From an uncultured virus (IMG/VR IMGVR_UViG_3300013119_000533) (taxonomy: Duplodnaviria; Heunggongvirae; Uroviricota; Caudoviricetes), in the IMG/VR virus record IMGVR_UViG_3300013119_000533, positions 1 to 64,000 of that record: a DNA stretch of 64,000 nucleotides; one strand, written 5' to 3'. A program made the position numbers and the translations under genes. The notes beneath the pieces are model-generated. The model was not told where the DNA came from. It did no database searches and saw only the letters and a program-made list of their open reading frames with translations. Numbering within the stretch: the stretch's first letter is position 1; the number at the start of each line of letters is the position of its first letter. Shown in pieces: positions 48,104-57,299 of this stretch.

Positions 48104-49060
48104 TTAACCTCCAAAGTCAAGCTTTTGTAGTAAGTAGTCTTCTCTCGTTATAAGAGATGCACGTTTCTTGTACTCACTTAACAGATGATCAGGGACTTCT
48201 CCCAGATCAGAATAATCATATAGTTCTATTTTACAGACTTTAACACCAAAGTCAAGTAAATTCTTAACAATTTTTAATTCTTTTTGTTTTGCATCTTGAT
48301 CTAGGCAAATATATACCGTTTTACATTTTTCAACTATCTTCATAAACAACTTAGTTCGCATGTTTAGAGTTGAACCAAGGATAGGTATACTGTTGTCATA
48401 CTTCAGAGAGTCGAAAAATCCCTCGACAAGGACAACTGGTCTAGACCAATCAACGTAAATGTCATTAAATATAATATCTTTTGTACAGGGAGGGTTCCTG
48501 TATTTCAAATAGGCATCGTCGAATGATCTTGCAATATAATAATTAAGTTCCCCCTCACAGTCGAAAGAGGGTACTATTACGCGGTTCTTATAAGGTCCGT
48601 GAAAACAAAACCCCATCTTATATAATAGGATATCAGAATAGGACACGCCCCGATCGAACAAATATTGTTTGGCACGCTTACCAATCTGCGAAAGATTTGC
48701 AGCTGACAATGAAGTAAAGTGCTCTGGAAGATCTAGACTCTTTTCCAGCACATATGTATCCTTTGTTTTAAATAAATCATCAAACCTGGTTATGTCTATC
48801 TGATTTACTAGGGAATTCCATCGAGATCTAAGTTCTCTATCTCTTATGAGAGATCCGAGATTATTTCCACGGAAATCACAAACCCAGCACTTAAATGCAT
48901 TCTTGTTTATATTGACAGAAAGTTTTCTCTTGTGGTGCTTACACTTCGGACAATGAAACAACATCTCATCATTCGACTCGTAATATGACCCAAGACTCTG
49001 CTTTATAATGCTTAACTTTTCGCTGTACAAAGTACGTAACCCGCTTTCGCTATTACCCAA
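48104..49060 (-). CDS. DNA primase (Zn-finger + TOPRIM)
   Basis: CPKC...CWVC Zn finger, YLFDRG, RVIVP, YIARS, VLVEGFFD, CLDQDA, DLGE. True start may be the TTG at 49030. Confidence 0.85.
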   Translation of the reverse strand: MGNSESGLRTLYSEKLSIIKQSLGSYYESNDEMLFHCPKCKHHKRKLSVNINKNAFKCWVCDFRGNNLGSLIRDRELRSRWNSLVNQIDITRFDDLFKTKDTYVLEKSLDLPEHFTSLSAANLSQIGKRAKQYLFDRGVSYSDILLYKMGFCFHGPYKNRVIVPSFDCEGELNYYIARSFDDAYLKYRNPPCTKDIIFNDIYVDWSRPVVLVEGFFDSLKYDNSIPILGSTLNMRTKLFMKIVEKCKTVYICLDQDAKQKELKIVKNLLDFGVKVCKIELYDYSDLGEVPDHLLSEYKKRASLITREDYLLQKLDFGG

Positions 49061-49542
49061 CTATCCGATTTATCCATAATACCTGGTTTCGGATTTCCAT
49101 GTCTTGTATATTCTACTATGAAAGTAGGTTCATTTGCAACAACAAAATCAAAACTTTTTTGTTTTGAGTTTTCGCCCCTAGAAATTTTAATGCCTACCTG
49201 CTTTCTTGCTGAAGTAGCTGCAATCATTTCTGGTTTTGTTTTGAATATCTTATAACAGTGCCAGGAGACGATGCCATTAATCCTGGACAATGTAGAGAGA
49301 GTCTGTGCTGAAGAGAAACCAGAGCGAAACGAGTGTAGTGACTGCTCTATAAACACATTGCCTATAGAGTATTCCATGGCAAGAGACCTAAGATTGTTGT
49401 GAATAAGGAGTGCTTTTTCATATATTGACGGAAACTTGTTTTTATTCCTCGTATCCCAAAACTCATTATATACACACACGCCATCATCATCAAGGACGGT
49501 CGCCCCCGTGATACTCGTTGAAACATCTAACCCTAAAATCAT
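49012..49542 (-). CDS. RuvC-like Holliday junction resolvase
   Basis: ILGLDVSTSITG, VFIEQ, DKSDSWVIA acidic catalytic motifs. Confidence 0.85.
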   Translation of the reverse strand: MILGLDVSTSITGATVLDDDGVCVYNEFWDTRNKNKFPSIYEKALLIHNNLRSLAMEYSIGNVFIEQSLHSFRSGFSSAQTLSTLSRINGIVSWHCYKIFKTKPEMIAATSARKQVGIKISRGENSKQKSFDFVVANEPTFIVEYTRHGNPKPGIMDKSDSWVIAKAGYVLCTAKS

Positions 49543-50210
49543 TTATTATCCAATAGGAAAGTTGCATACCCTTCTATGAGTTTACGCTTTTCTGTCTCTT
49601 CATCCATGTGGTACCATTCCCAAGCAACACTCTTTGTGATGAGTTTTACTTTTTTACTAATATTATCTATTTTACCATTAATCTCCTCAATGTCAAGAGG
49701 AATCTCTTCTGGTATCTCTATATCCAAGAGCACTGCATATTCGACCAACTTAAAGTAATCCTCACTATCAACTGCGCTTGTGATTTTTTGAAAGATCTCC
49801 TTCTTATCATCGTCATCCTTTATTTTATCTGGATGTGTCTTATTCGCTATCTTCCTATATAAAGACTTGTACTCCTTTGGTAATGGTTTTTTGGGTGATG
49901 GTGGTGGAGTCTCAATAACCTCTTCGTGAAAATCTGGTCTTACCTTTGTTCTGCCCTTTCGATACTGTGCCTGTTGCTTTGCACGCTTTCCAGTCTTGGT
50001 CATTGGTTTTTCATTTTCTCCTGCCAATCCTGCTATTTGTTTTAATCTATGTCGAACACCCTTATTATCGACAGCATCAATATAATCTTTAAAGTAATCC
50101 GAGAATTGAGACATTGCTTGGTTGTTTATTTTTTGGTGGATTTCCAACTTCTTAATTGCAAACTTAAGTTCATGGATCTTTAATTCAAAGATTTCAGTAC
50201 CCTTCCTCAT
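49539..50210 (-). CDS. J-domain-containing protein
   Basis: YKSLYRKIANKTHPDK...KEIFQKITSA: J-domain helix II, HPD, helix III. Confidence 0.75.
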   Translation of the reverse strand: MRKGTEIFELKIHELKFAIKKLEIHQKINNQAMSQFSDYFKDYIDAVDNKGVRHRLKQIAGLAGENEKPMTKTGKRAKQQAQYRKGRTKVRPDFHEEVIETPPPSPKKPLPKEYKSLYRKIANKTHPDKIKDDDDKKEIFQKITSAVDSEDYFKLVEYAVLLDIEIPEEIPLDIEEINGKIDNISKKVKLITKSVAWEWYHMDEETEKRKLIEGYATFLLDNK

Positions 50211-51523
50211 TAGAAGTCCATTTTGAGTTTGAAGGTATAGTCTCTATTTTCAGTTTTTCTAACTGGGTTTGCTAGTTTTGCCACGGCGATCAACCTTCTC
50301 TGGTCGTCATATATGCCGATCTTGGAAACATATGTCTGTTTATTGTATGATCCCGTTGGATCTGGATAGGGACTGTGAGAAAGTTTTTCAAACAACAAGT
50401 CATCAAACTCCTGGTATCTGGATGAACTTGTTACTGGAACTTTAGTTTGACTTTTCTTATAAACAGTTGGATTTGTCGAGTTGTTCAACTCGCCCTTTGG
50501 CATGTGCGCCATCATGGTGACAGTAGGTACATAATTCACACCCTTGAATGACATTCTAAACATCGCATTCTCTAGGATGTCTCTTGCTGGTCCACTGTCC
50601 TCGTTAGCGCCTTCAGCGAAGTCGACCCAGCGAGGCTCCTGTCCGTCATCTCCGTGGAATGTCTCAGTTTGTTGTGATACATCCCAACTCCCCGTTAAGG
50701 CAATAAACCCCTCATTATAGAGGACAGTGCCCACCACCTTGTTGTTGTGCTTCGCGGCATTATAAGTTCCAGAAACCTGGATTAGTTCACCGTTCTTGTT
50801 TATGTCTCTTGCCTCTGCAGCGAGTGCACCCGTCATGAAAATCTGAAGTATTACGGACCCTTTCTTTATGCTTGATCCATAAAATATACTTGGTATCTCC
50901 ACTAGTGACATTTCCTGGTTTGCTTTGTTCCATCCATTATTGCCCATATCGTGAGACATTGATGACCTTGGATTTGTGGTATCGTCAAATGAATAGTGGT
51001 GACTGTGTTTTACATATTCATTAAAACTATTCTTCAAGGCAACTACAAACTTCTTGTTTCTCACCATTCTATTGTAAGTGCCATGGAATCTCTCATCAGT
51101 ACTAGATTCCTGTATAGCGGAGACCCCTCCCGCAATCCTAGTTCTCTTTATACTAGAGGAAAGAGGATATTGTGATTTTACCACATCACCATAAGCAAAC
51201 TGGGCAGCTGAATCAAAATCACTAGTACTGACTGTCTTGAAGGATATGCGGGCGCCGTCTTTGGTAATAAATGGATAGATCGATGTTCCTGCTGGGGGCG
51301 CATCTGTTCCGCCAGTATTGATAGCTCTGTCTACATTTAATTCAAAGAGCGATACGAACCCCTGTTGTACTGCTAGGAGGTTTCCAAACTGACCTCCGCG
51401 AGCACCTTCGTTTTTAAAACTGTTGTAATAAACCCTAGAACCATATATGACAAAATCAGACTCTGGAAAGGTTTTTACCTGATTGTAGATTAGATCGTAT
51501 TTACCAAACTTCCTAAACGGCAT
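50210..51523 (-). CDS. virion structural protein (baseplate-like)
   Basis: IPSIFYGSSIKKGS, VGTVLYNEG, C-terminal YVSKIGIYD...LIAVAKLANPVRK...FKLKMDF. Confidence 0.55.
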   Translation of the reverse strand: MPFRKFGKYDLIYNQVKTFPESDFVIYGSRVYYNSFKNEGARGGQFGNLLAVQQGFVSLFELNVDRAINTGGTDAPPAGTSIYPFITKDGARISFKTVSTSDFDSAAQFAYGDVVKSQYPLSSSIKRTRIAGGVSAIQESSTDERFHGTYNRMVRNKKFVVALKNSFNEYVKHSHHYSFDDTTNPRSSMSHDMGNNGWNKANQEMSLVEIPSIFYGSSIKKGSVILQIFMTGALAAEARDINKNGELIQVSGTYNAAKHNNKVVGTVLYNEGFIALTGSWDVSQQTETFHGDDGQEPRWVDFAEGANEDSGPARDILENAMFRMSFKGVNYVPTVTMMAHMPKGELNNSTNPTVYKKSQTKVPVTSSSRYQEFDDLLFEKLSHSPYPDPTGSYNKQTYVSKIGIYDDQRRLIAVAKLANPVRKTENRDYTFKLKMDF

Positions 51524-51535
51524 AATACACCGCCC

Positions 51536-52783
51536 TTAATAATCTAACCTTACTCTTAGTGTAAGTTCGTTTGAGGGATCCTTTTTGAGGGGCTCTGAGA
51601 GTTTCGCCGTTGCCATAAGTTCATTGTCTGGAGAATATAACCCAATTGACGTGACATATGCAACTGGAGAATCACTCGGTACATCTTTCACTCTGATCTT
51701 TGATGCACTGAGATAGGTTGGGTTGGCACTATAATTAAACTCATTGTGATTTGCTCTACAGAAATAAACAGTTGAGTTAAGTTCCGTTGTATTGTTGAAA
51801 GAAACATTGTGAATTCTTCTTCGAATTCCATTTGCAATATGCTCAATCTTAGACCCCGTAAGCATCTGACTGATACTTGCACTAAAGGCAGAATGTCCAT
51901 CTGCACCATACTGCTTGAACCCATCACTATGTACACCATTGATACTCATAGAAACTGAAGTCATCAACATTCCCGTATCATTCGCAGTATCGTCGCCATC
52001 TGCGCCAGCAAGAACCGAAGCAGTTAATACTGCTACGCCTGCTTGGTAAAAAATGAGACCTGCATGCTTTCCGATAGAAAGACTTCCAGTTACTCTACCT
52101 GTAATATCCTGCCCACCATCGGCAGACCCAATTGACGCTGAAAGAATGCCATATTCGCCAGCTGGTGAATTAATTCTGTAGTCATTTTGTGCGTTAGTAT
52201 CCTTAAGAGTGAGGATGTTTCTGACTCTGGATCTCAGACCCTTGTTAACCATAACTGGGTCAACCCCAAGATCTAGTTGAAAACTACCCTTCTTAATCTC
52301 GTCTTTCACAAGAAGTCTAGAGAAGTTAATAAATATAACCTCTCTCATTTTACCAAATGCGTCTGCAGTATCCTTGGGGTTTGCTACATTGCCATCATTG
52401 TCGAAGTCTCTGATGTTGCCAGATGTGTCGTGCCCCATTAGAACCTGAGCCATCTGGTTATACATAGCAATCTTCTTTTCTTGTTGCTTATAGTTCGTCC
52501 CTGCAGATGCGACACCAACGTTCCCTGAAAGTCCACTCCTAGAAGAGAACCCAACGGAAATATCAAAAATGTGATTAGCAGAAGAACTTAGGTAAGGATA
52601 GTCATAAATAGACTGAAACATTCCATGTGAATAATTCTTAATATTCAACTCCGTTCCGCCGCCGATGTCTCCTCCGTTATATGTACCTGATACGATTGCA
52701 CCAGTAATTGGAATTGCCTCATGAAGCAAGGTCTTTGTTGTTGTGATGTCATTATTCAAAAATGTTTTAAATGTAGTTGCCAT
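51536..52783 (-). CDS. virion structural protein (baseplate-like), paralog of 50210-51523
   Basis: KDEIKKGSF, GLIFYQAG, EFNYSANPTY, YVTSIGLY...LMATAKLSEPLKK...LRVRLDY. Confidence 0.55.
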   Translation of the reverse strand: MATTFKTFLNNDITTTKTLLHEAIPITGAIVSGTYNGGDIGGGTELNIKNYSHGMFQSIYDYPYLSSSANHIFDISVGFSSRSGLSGNVGVASAGTNYKQQEKKIAMYNQMAQVLMGHDTSGNIRDFDNDGNVANPKDTADAFGKMREVIFINFSRLLVKDEIKKGSFQLDLGVDPVMVNKGLRSRVRNILTLKDTNAQNDYRINSPAGEYGILSASIGSADGGQDITGRVTGSLSIGKHAGLIFYQAGVAVLTASVLAGADGDDTANDTGMLMTSVSMSINGVHSDGFKQYGADGHSAFSASISQMLTGSKIEHIANGIRRRIHNVSFNNTTELNSTVYFCRANHNEFNYSANPTYLSASKIRVKDVPSDSPVAYVTSIGLYSPDNELMATAKLSEPLKKDPSNELTLRVRLDY

Positions 52784-52792
52784 GTTTTATCC

Positions 52793-53818
52793 TTACGCCT
52801 TCCTAATATACCTAATCGGAATGTCAAGCGAAACACCCGTGGTTGCAGAAGTAATCTTAATAATTGTATCAATCATATTAAATGAGGTCGAGTCAGACGT
52901 AAATCCTGCCTGAGCAGATCCCAAAATTGTTGATCCTAACTTTTCAAACAAATACGAAGAAGCCCTCAAGTTAACGCTTGGTTCAATCTTGAAGTGCAAC
53001 AAGGTATCTCTTGGACCGTTAATGTTGTGTATAGACAAGTCACCATCGGTCGATCCAGCGTTTGTCTTAGGAAGACTATCAACACTAAGTGGTGCACCGT
53101 TCGTGTTTTTTGATATTACGATCGGACTACCCTGACCTGATACTGTATTTTCACTAATATAATATGAAGCGATTTGATCATCATCTATAAATGACACTGG
53201 TACCTGGTCCGCATTTGCTGTTACCAGGGATCCAAGTCTGTGATCCATTTCTATAATAAATTGCGTTTCCTGCAAAGTTGCTGGCATATTGACAGCGGGT
53301 GCAATCTCAGTGGTATCCAACCCTCTCTCCACAATGCAGGAAATATCAGTGTTTCTAATTTTTTCCGATGAACGACCTGTAATGACGCCAGTGTTGGACA
53401 GACTAGTGTCTAACTTATCTTCTGTGTTCTTGTCAACCGTTATGACAAAACCACCAGTTGTTGTGTTTGTTGCGCTTGCATCGACAACCGTAGTATTGAT
53501 TGTAGAACTAGCGTTGCCTCCGTTGAGTAACTTCAACACAGGAAGATACAAAATATTCGTTCTGGTGATTGTAATTAATTTGCTCTTCATTGTAGAGGTG
53601 TTGTTTGTAAACGCCTCCAATAGTGGAGTCCTTAAGACTTCCAAATCATAATATGCAGAACCACTAGGGTGATTCTTGTTATATAATGAGTAATCGATCT
53701 CGTCGTCTCCGAGGGCAAACTTGGAAATTCTAAAATCTCCGCGTGCCATTCTAAAGCGACCAGTGTCTGTCAATACGGCGTCTAAAATTATATCGCCAGA
53801 ATTATCAAGAAATGCCAT
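52793..53818 (-). CDS. virion structural protein (baseplate-like)
   Basis: MAFLDNSGDIILDAVLTDTGR...FRISKFALGDDEIDY N-terminus; AGGAG SD. Confidence 0.55.
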   Translation of the reverse strand: MAFLDNSGDIILDAVLTDTGRFRMARGDFRISKFALGDDEIDYSLYNKNHPSGSAYYDLEVLRTPLLEAFTNNTSTMKSKLITITRTNILYLPVLKLLNGGNASSTINTTVVDASATNTTTGGFVITVDKNTEDKLDTSLSNTGVITGRSSEKIRNTDISCIVERGLDTTEIAPAVNMPATLQETQFIIEMDHRLGSLVTANADQVPVSFIDDDQIASYYISENTVSGQGSPIVISKNTNGAPLSVDSLPKTNAGSTDGDLSIHNINGPRDTLLHFKIEPSVNLRASSYLFEKLGSTILGSAQAGFTSDSTSFNMIDTIIKITSATTGVSLDIPIRYIRKA

Positions 53819-53855
53819 GTACTAAAACTCCTCAAACTTCACTTGTAAATAGATT

Positions 53856-56800
53856 TTAACATATTAAATTCACTTTTTTATTTTCTTGATCTTCAGACAA
53901 TTTTAAGTTGAAAGTAACATCAATATCAATCTCTTTGCCAGTGTCCTTACTTCTAATTCTTATTTTAAACCTTTTCTTCCAAAGTTTTTCCTTTGTATTA
54001 TCACCAATAAACGATTGAGAATCCAATCCCCGCTTCCAGTCTGAGAACTTTCCCGTGCCTAGATTTAGTGTTTTTTGGTCAAAATTTGGTCTCAACATTA
54101 AGAATTGCCTGACATCGATCGTTGATTGCTGTTTAGCTGTCTTTAATGCTTCGAGATCTGCTGCGTTCACTATTTTATGCGAAAGTCTAACTGCTTCGTT
54201 AATTTTAATTAATTCTATCTCGTGAATAAATCCTGGATTTGAAACCTTGTTGTGAATATCGATACATCTAAAGACGTAATAATATTTCACATTTGGTGAA
54301 ATTCTGTCTAAAAATGTTGCATTATCTGCAGTTGATTCAATCGTAGCAATTTTTTTATCATAAAAGGATCCAATTTTTTCTGGGTATTCATCTGTCCTGA
54401 ATACTTGAAATGTTTTTGTCGGGTCATCTGATTTGTGCTTTATCATTTTTACATTTGCTGGATCATTCAGTAGTTGATCTTGCATCGACTCAAAGTCAAG
54501 ATCCCCCTCGACGTCGATTAGTCCCTGACTAAGTGCCACATTGACATACCTCATTCTATCTTCTTCCTCAAGTATAACTGGGGGTGAAAGGTATTCTCCA
54601 CCGTTTGGTCTCAACGTAAACATAATCTTATCTGAAACATTCTTAAACGGTATCACTTCAACGTCTGGAAATACAGGCGGACTGTCTACAACCACTACTC
54701 TTTTCTGAGTTGTTGGAATAATCCCAATCCTTAAGCACGGTTGGTTTCTAATACCGAAGGGCATATCAAACTGGCCAGTACTAGAATTCTCTTCTCTAGA
54801 GATCTCGTATGCTCTAGCAAAATTACTTACGCAATTATGGTATGTGTATCTATTGCCAACGATCGCTACAATCCTATTGATTCTATATTCGTAAACCTCT
54901 CCATATTTGACCTGACTGTCTACAAATTTTTCAACTTCCCTGTCGTTATCAGACATTATGTAAAAATTAGATATGAGTTCTTCGTCCTTAAATTTTTGAA
55001 TCATAAACCCCATAACCTCACTCTTGGCAGGCACACCATTCATGATCTGATCATAACTTCTCGCATGGTTGTTAACAAAATTGCTTATCTTCATTTTCAT
55101 TTTCAATAATCTAAATATCGTTGCGAATTTATCCACTGGACTTTGCTCAGGATCTTCTGTTGCTCTTTTAAAGAAAGATGCCCACCAATCAGAAATATCT
55201 ATCATCCTTGTTTTCATTGGTATTGTATCAGAATGCCTTATGAGGTCTCCTGGTATTACCTCTGCTGTTTGATTTAAGGATGTTTGTATTGCCTGATCGA
55301 CATAACTTGCGAACGACTCTGATGATGGTCGATTCGAAAGAGTATTCATAAGATCGGTTATGATCACGTCTCCCCCGTCAGAGGTAAGGGCCGAAGCAAC
55401 CTGAGATCTTTTTATTTTACCAAATTCCATCTCCACAAACATGGGATTCATATACCTTTGCTCGTACAAGTCATCTAGAGTCTCTCTGGGTATTGCTGAA
55501 AGGAGTATGTCTTTTTCCTCGTTTCCAGGATTCAGTCCGTAATATTCCGCCATATGCTCAACAAACGCTCTTTGAGACTCTGTTGACCCATCCATCATGT
55601 TTTGAATCAACCTGAACTGTTCATTTTGAAGTTCATAACTGGATATGTCAGAAGGTGTCGCATCAGATAGTATTGTCAGATCGTAAAATCTATCAGCTGC
55701 TAATAGTCGACTGAACCTCACTTCATCGAAATCTTCTGGTAAGAAGGTCGATACCCCTTCCTTTCTAGAGTTCGAAAGCGCCTTCATCAGCGTTGCCCCC
55801 TGGTATGGTGATGGTAACTCCAACTCAGAAACCACTGGGGTTATTATGTTCTCATAGAGACAATCATAATATGAATATACGGGTCTTATATCGAAATAAG
55901 CATCACTACCAACATCTACGAAGTCGGACTCCTCCTTCGTCAGGAGATCTGTTACGTTTGTTGAATAATCAACAAAAACCTTTTTGCCTGTGTAAACAAC
56001 ACCTTCTGCTGGTGCTACTGTAATCGGCTCGGTAGAGTTCTGTTGAAAGAACCTATTGTCTCCATAAAAAGGAATTACAGGAAACAAATTCAAACTCTTC
56101 CCTTCTGCCACCTCCCTGTAGTGGGGTACCGTATACATGTTTCGCCAGTGAAGTGGATTACCTACGGTTGTTGCTGACCTTCTAGCGTTTCTAATGAAGA
56201 GTTGATCAGGTCTGTCGCGCATTATTCCCATATCTTCCAATATTTGCTCTGGGACATGTCCATAAAAATAGTCCGACCATTTCCAATTATCTCCGCGATT
56301 TGCTTCGCATTCGATAACATAAACCTCATTCTTTACCTTAAATCCTAAATTATTTCGTAGAGAGGGTTCGTTCTTTGCTTGATCGTAAAATCTCCACTTT
56401 GATGGGTCAGACGCTGGAACTGAATATAGTTTAGATTCATCCACCAAACTCAAGTACGCTCTCTTTTTTGCATCAAAATAGAACATGCCCCATTGATATC
56501 TTCCCAGCCCCTGCCTTCTGTTTATAAAATAAAGATCCGCACCCCTTGCGGCGTGATATGCCTTCGCATCATCAATGCTAGTATATTCATGTGGGCCGCT
56601 GACGTGACCTGCATTGAACCAAATCTTATCTGATACCCACCTTACATTATCAAAAACATCTAAATTACCATTTCCAACCTGTGGAAGAACGTTTGGAATA
56701 TTACTAGGAAAAGAATATGGACGATAAAGCGGACTGAATGCCAGTAGTTCTTTTGGTTTTGATTTGAACTTTATCGTCTCTATGTCGATATTTTGAGTGC

Positions 56801-57263
56801 CTTCGCCCACTATTGTACCGTTTGAAAACACCCACGTACTTTTTTCTGCAGAGAATAAGTTAGTCACAACTGGTGTTAGCGTTAGGTCGTCCTCTAGGAG
56901 GATGTCGGTTCCTGGTAGTCCAGGTCTAATGTCTTCTCCCAATTCTCTTGCAATGTTTGCGGCCGTGGAGGCGCGGTTAGAGTGCTCATATCCCAAGATA
57001 GGGGCATGCTCTTCTATCATTTCTGCGACTTCCTCTGTGGTAACCTGTGTTCCTTCGTCAGTTATCATTGCAGCGTCAGCTTCGATCTGCGCTTGTGTCG
57101 TACCTGCAAGCAGATTCCCCGCTTCGGATATTGGTCCGCTGCTCGGCTGGACGAACCAAGGCGGCACGAGAGCATACCCCAAATTTTGAAGTCCAGGATC
57201 TACTTCCTCTTCTTCTTCCTCTTGCGCGATCTGTTCTGTAATTTCACATGTATCTTCTGCCAT
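53856..57263 (-). CDS. large hypothetical (probable virion) protein
   Basis: 1135 aa; FVDSQVKYGEVYEY and FLDRISPNVKYYYVFR (Fn3-like strand motifs). Confidence 0.6.
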   Translation of the reverse strand: MAEDTCEITEQIAQEEEEEEVDPGLQNLGYALVPPWFVQPSSGPISEAGNLLAGTTQAQIEADAAMITDEGTQVTTEEVAEMIEEHAPILGYEHSNRASTAANIARELGEDIRPGLPGTDILLEDDLTLTPVVTNLFSAEKSTWVFSNGTIVGEGTQNIDIETIKFKSKPKELLAFSPLYRPYSFPSNIPNVLPQVGNGNLDVFDNVRWVSDKIWFNAGHVSGPHEYTSIDDAKAYHAARGADLYFINRRQGLGRYQWGMFYFDAKKRAYLSLVDESKLYSVPASDPSKWRFYDQAKNEPSLRNNLGFKVKNEVYVIECEANRGDNWKWSDYFYGHVPEQILEDMGIMRDRPDQLFIRNARRSATTVGNPLHWRNMYTVPHYREVAEGKSLNLFPVIPFYGDNRFFQQNSTEPITVAPAEGVVYTGKKVFVDYSTNVTDLLTKEESDFVDVGSDAYFDIRPVYSYYDCLYENIITPVVSELELPSPYQGATLMKALSNSRKEGVSTFLPEDFDEVRFSRLLAADRFYDLTILSDATPSDISSYELQNEQFRLIQNMMDGSTESQRAFVEHMAEYYGLNPGNEEKDILLSAIPRETLDDLYEQRYMNPMFVEMEFGKIKRSQVASALTSDGGDVIITDLMNTLSNRPSSESFASYVDQAIQTSLNQTAEVIPGDLIRHSDTIPMKTRMIDISDWWASFFKRATEDPEQSPVDKFATIFRLLKMKMKISNFVNNHARSYDQIMNGVPAKSEVMGFMIQKFKDEELISNFYIMSDNDREVEKFVDSQVKYGEVYEYRINRIVAIVGNRYTYHNCVSNFARAYEISREENSSTGQFDMPFGIRNQPCLRIGIIPTTQKRVVVVDSPPVFPDVEVIPFKNVSDKIMFTLRPNGGEYLSPPVILEEEDRMRYVNVALSQGLIDVEGDLDFESMQDQLLNDPANVKMIKHKSDDPTKTFQVFRTDEYPEKIGSFYDKKIATIESTADNATFLDRISPNVKYYYVFRCIDIHNKVSNPGFIHEIELIKINEAVRLSHKIVNAADLEALKTAKQQSTIDVRQFLMLRPNFDQKTLNLGTGKFSDWKRGLDSQSFIGDNTKEKLWKKRFKIRIRSKDTGKEIDIDVTFNLKLSEDQENKKVNLIC

Positions 57264-57299
57264 ATACTAAGTATTCCTTTTAATTATTATTTCTCATAC

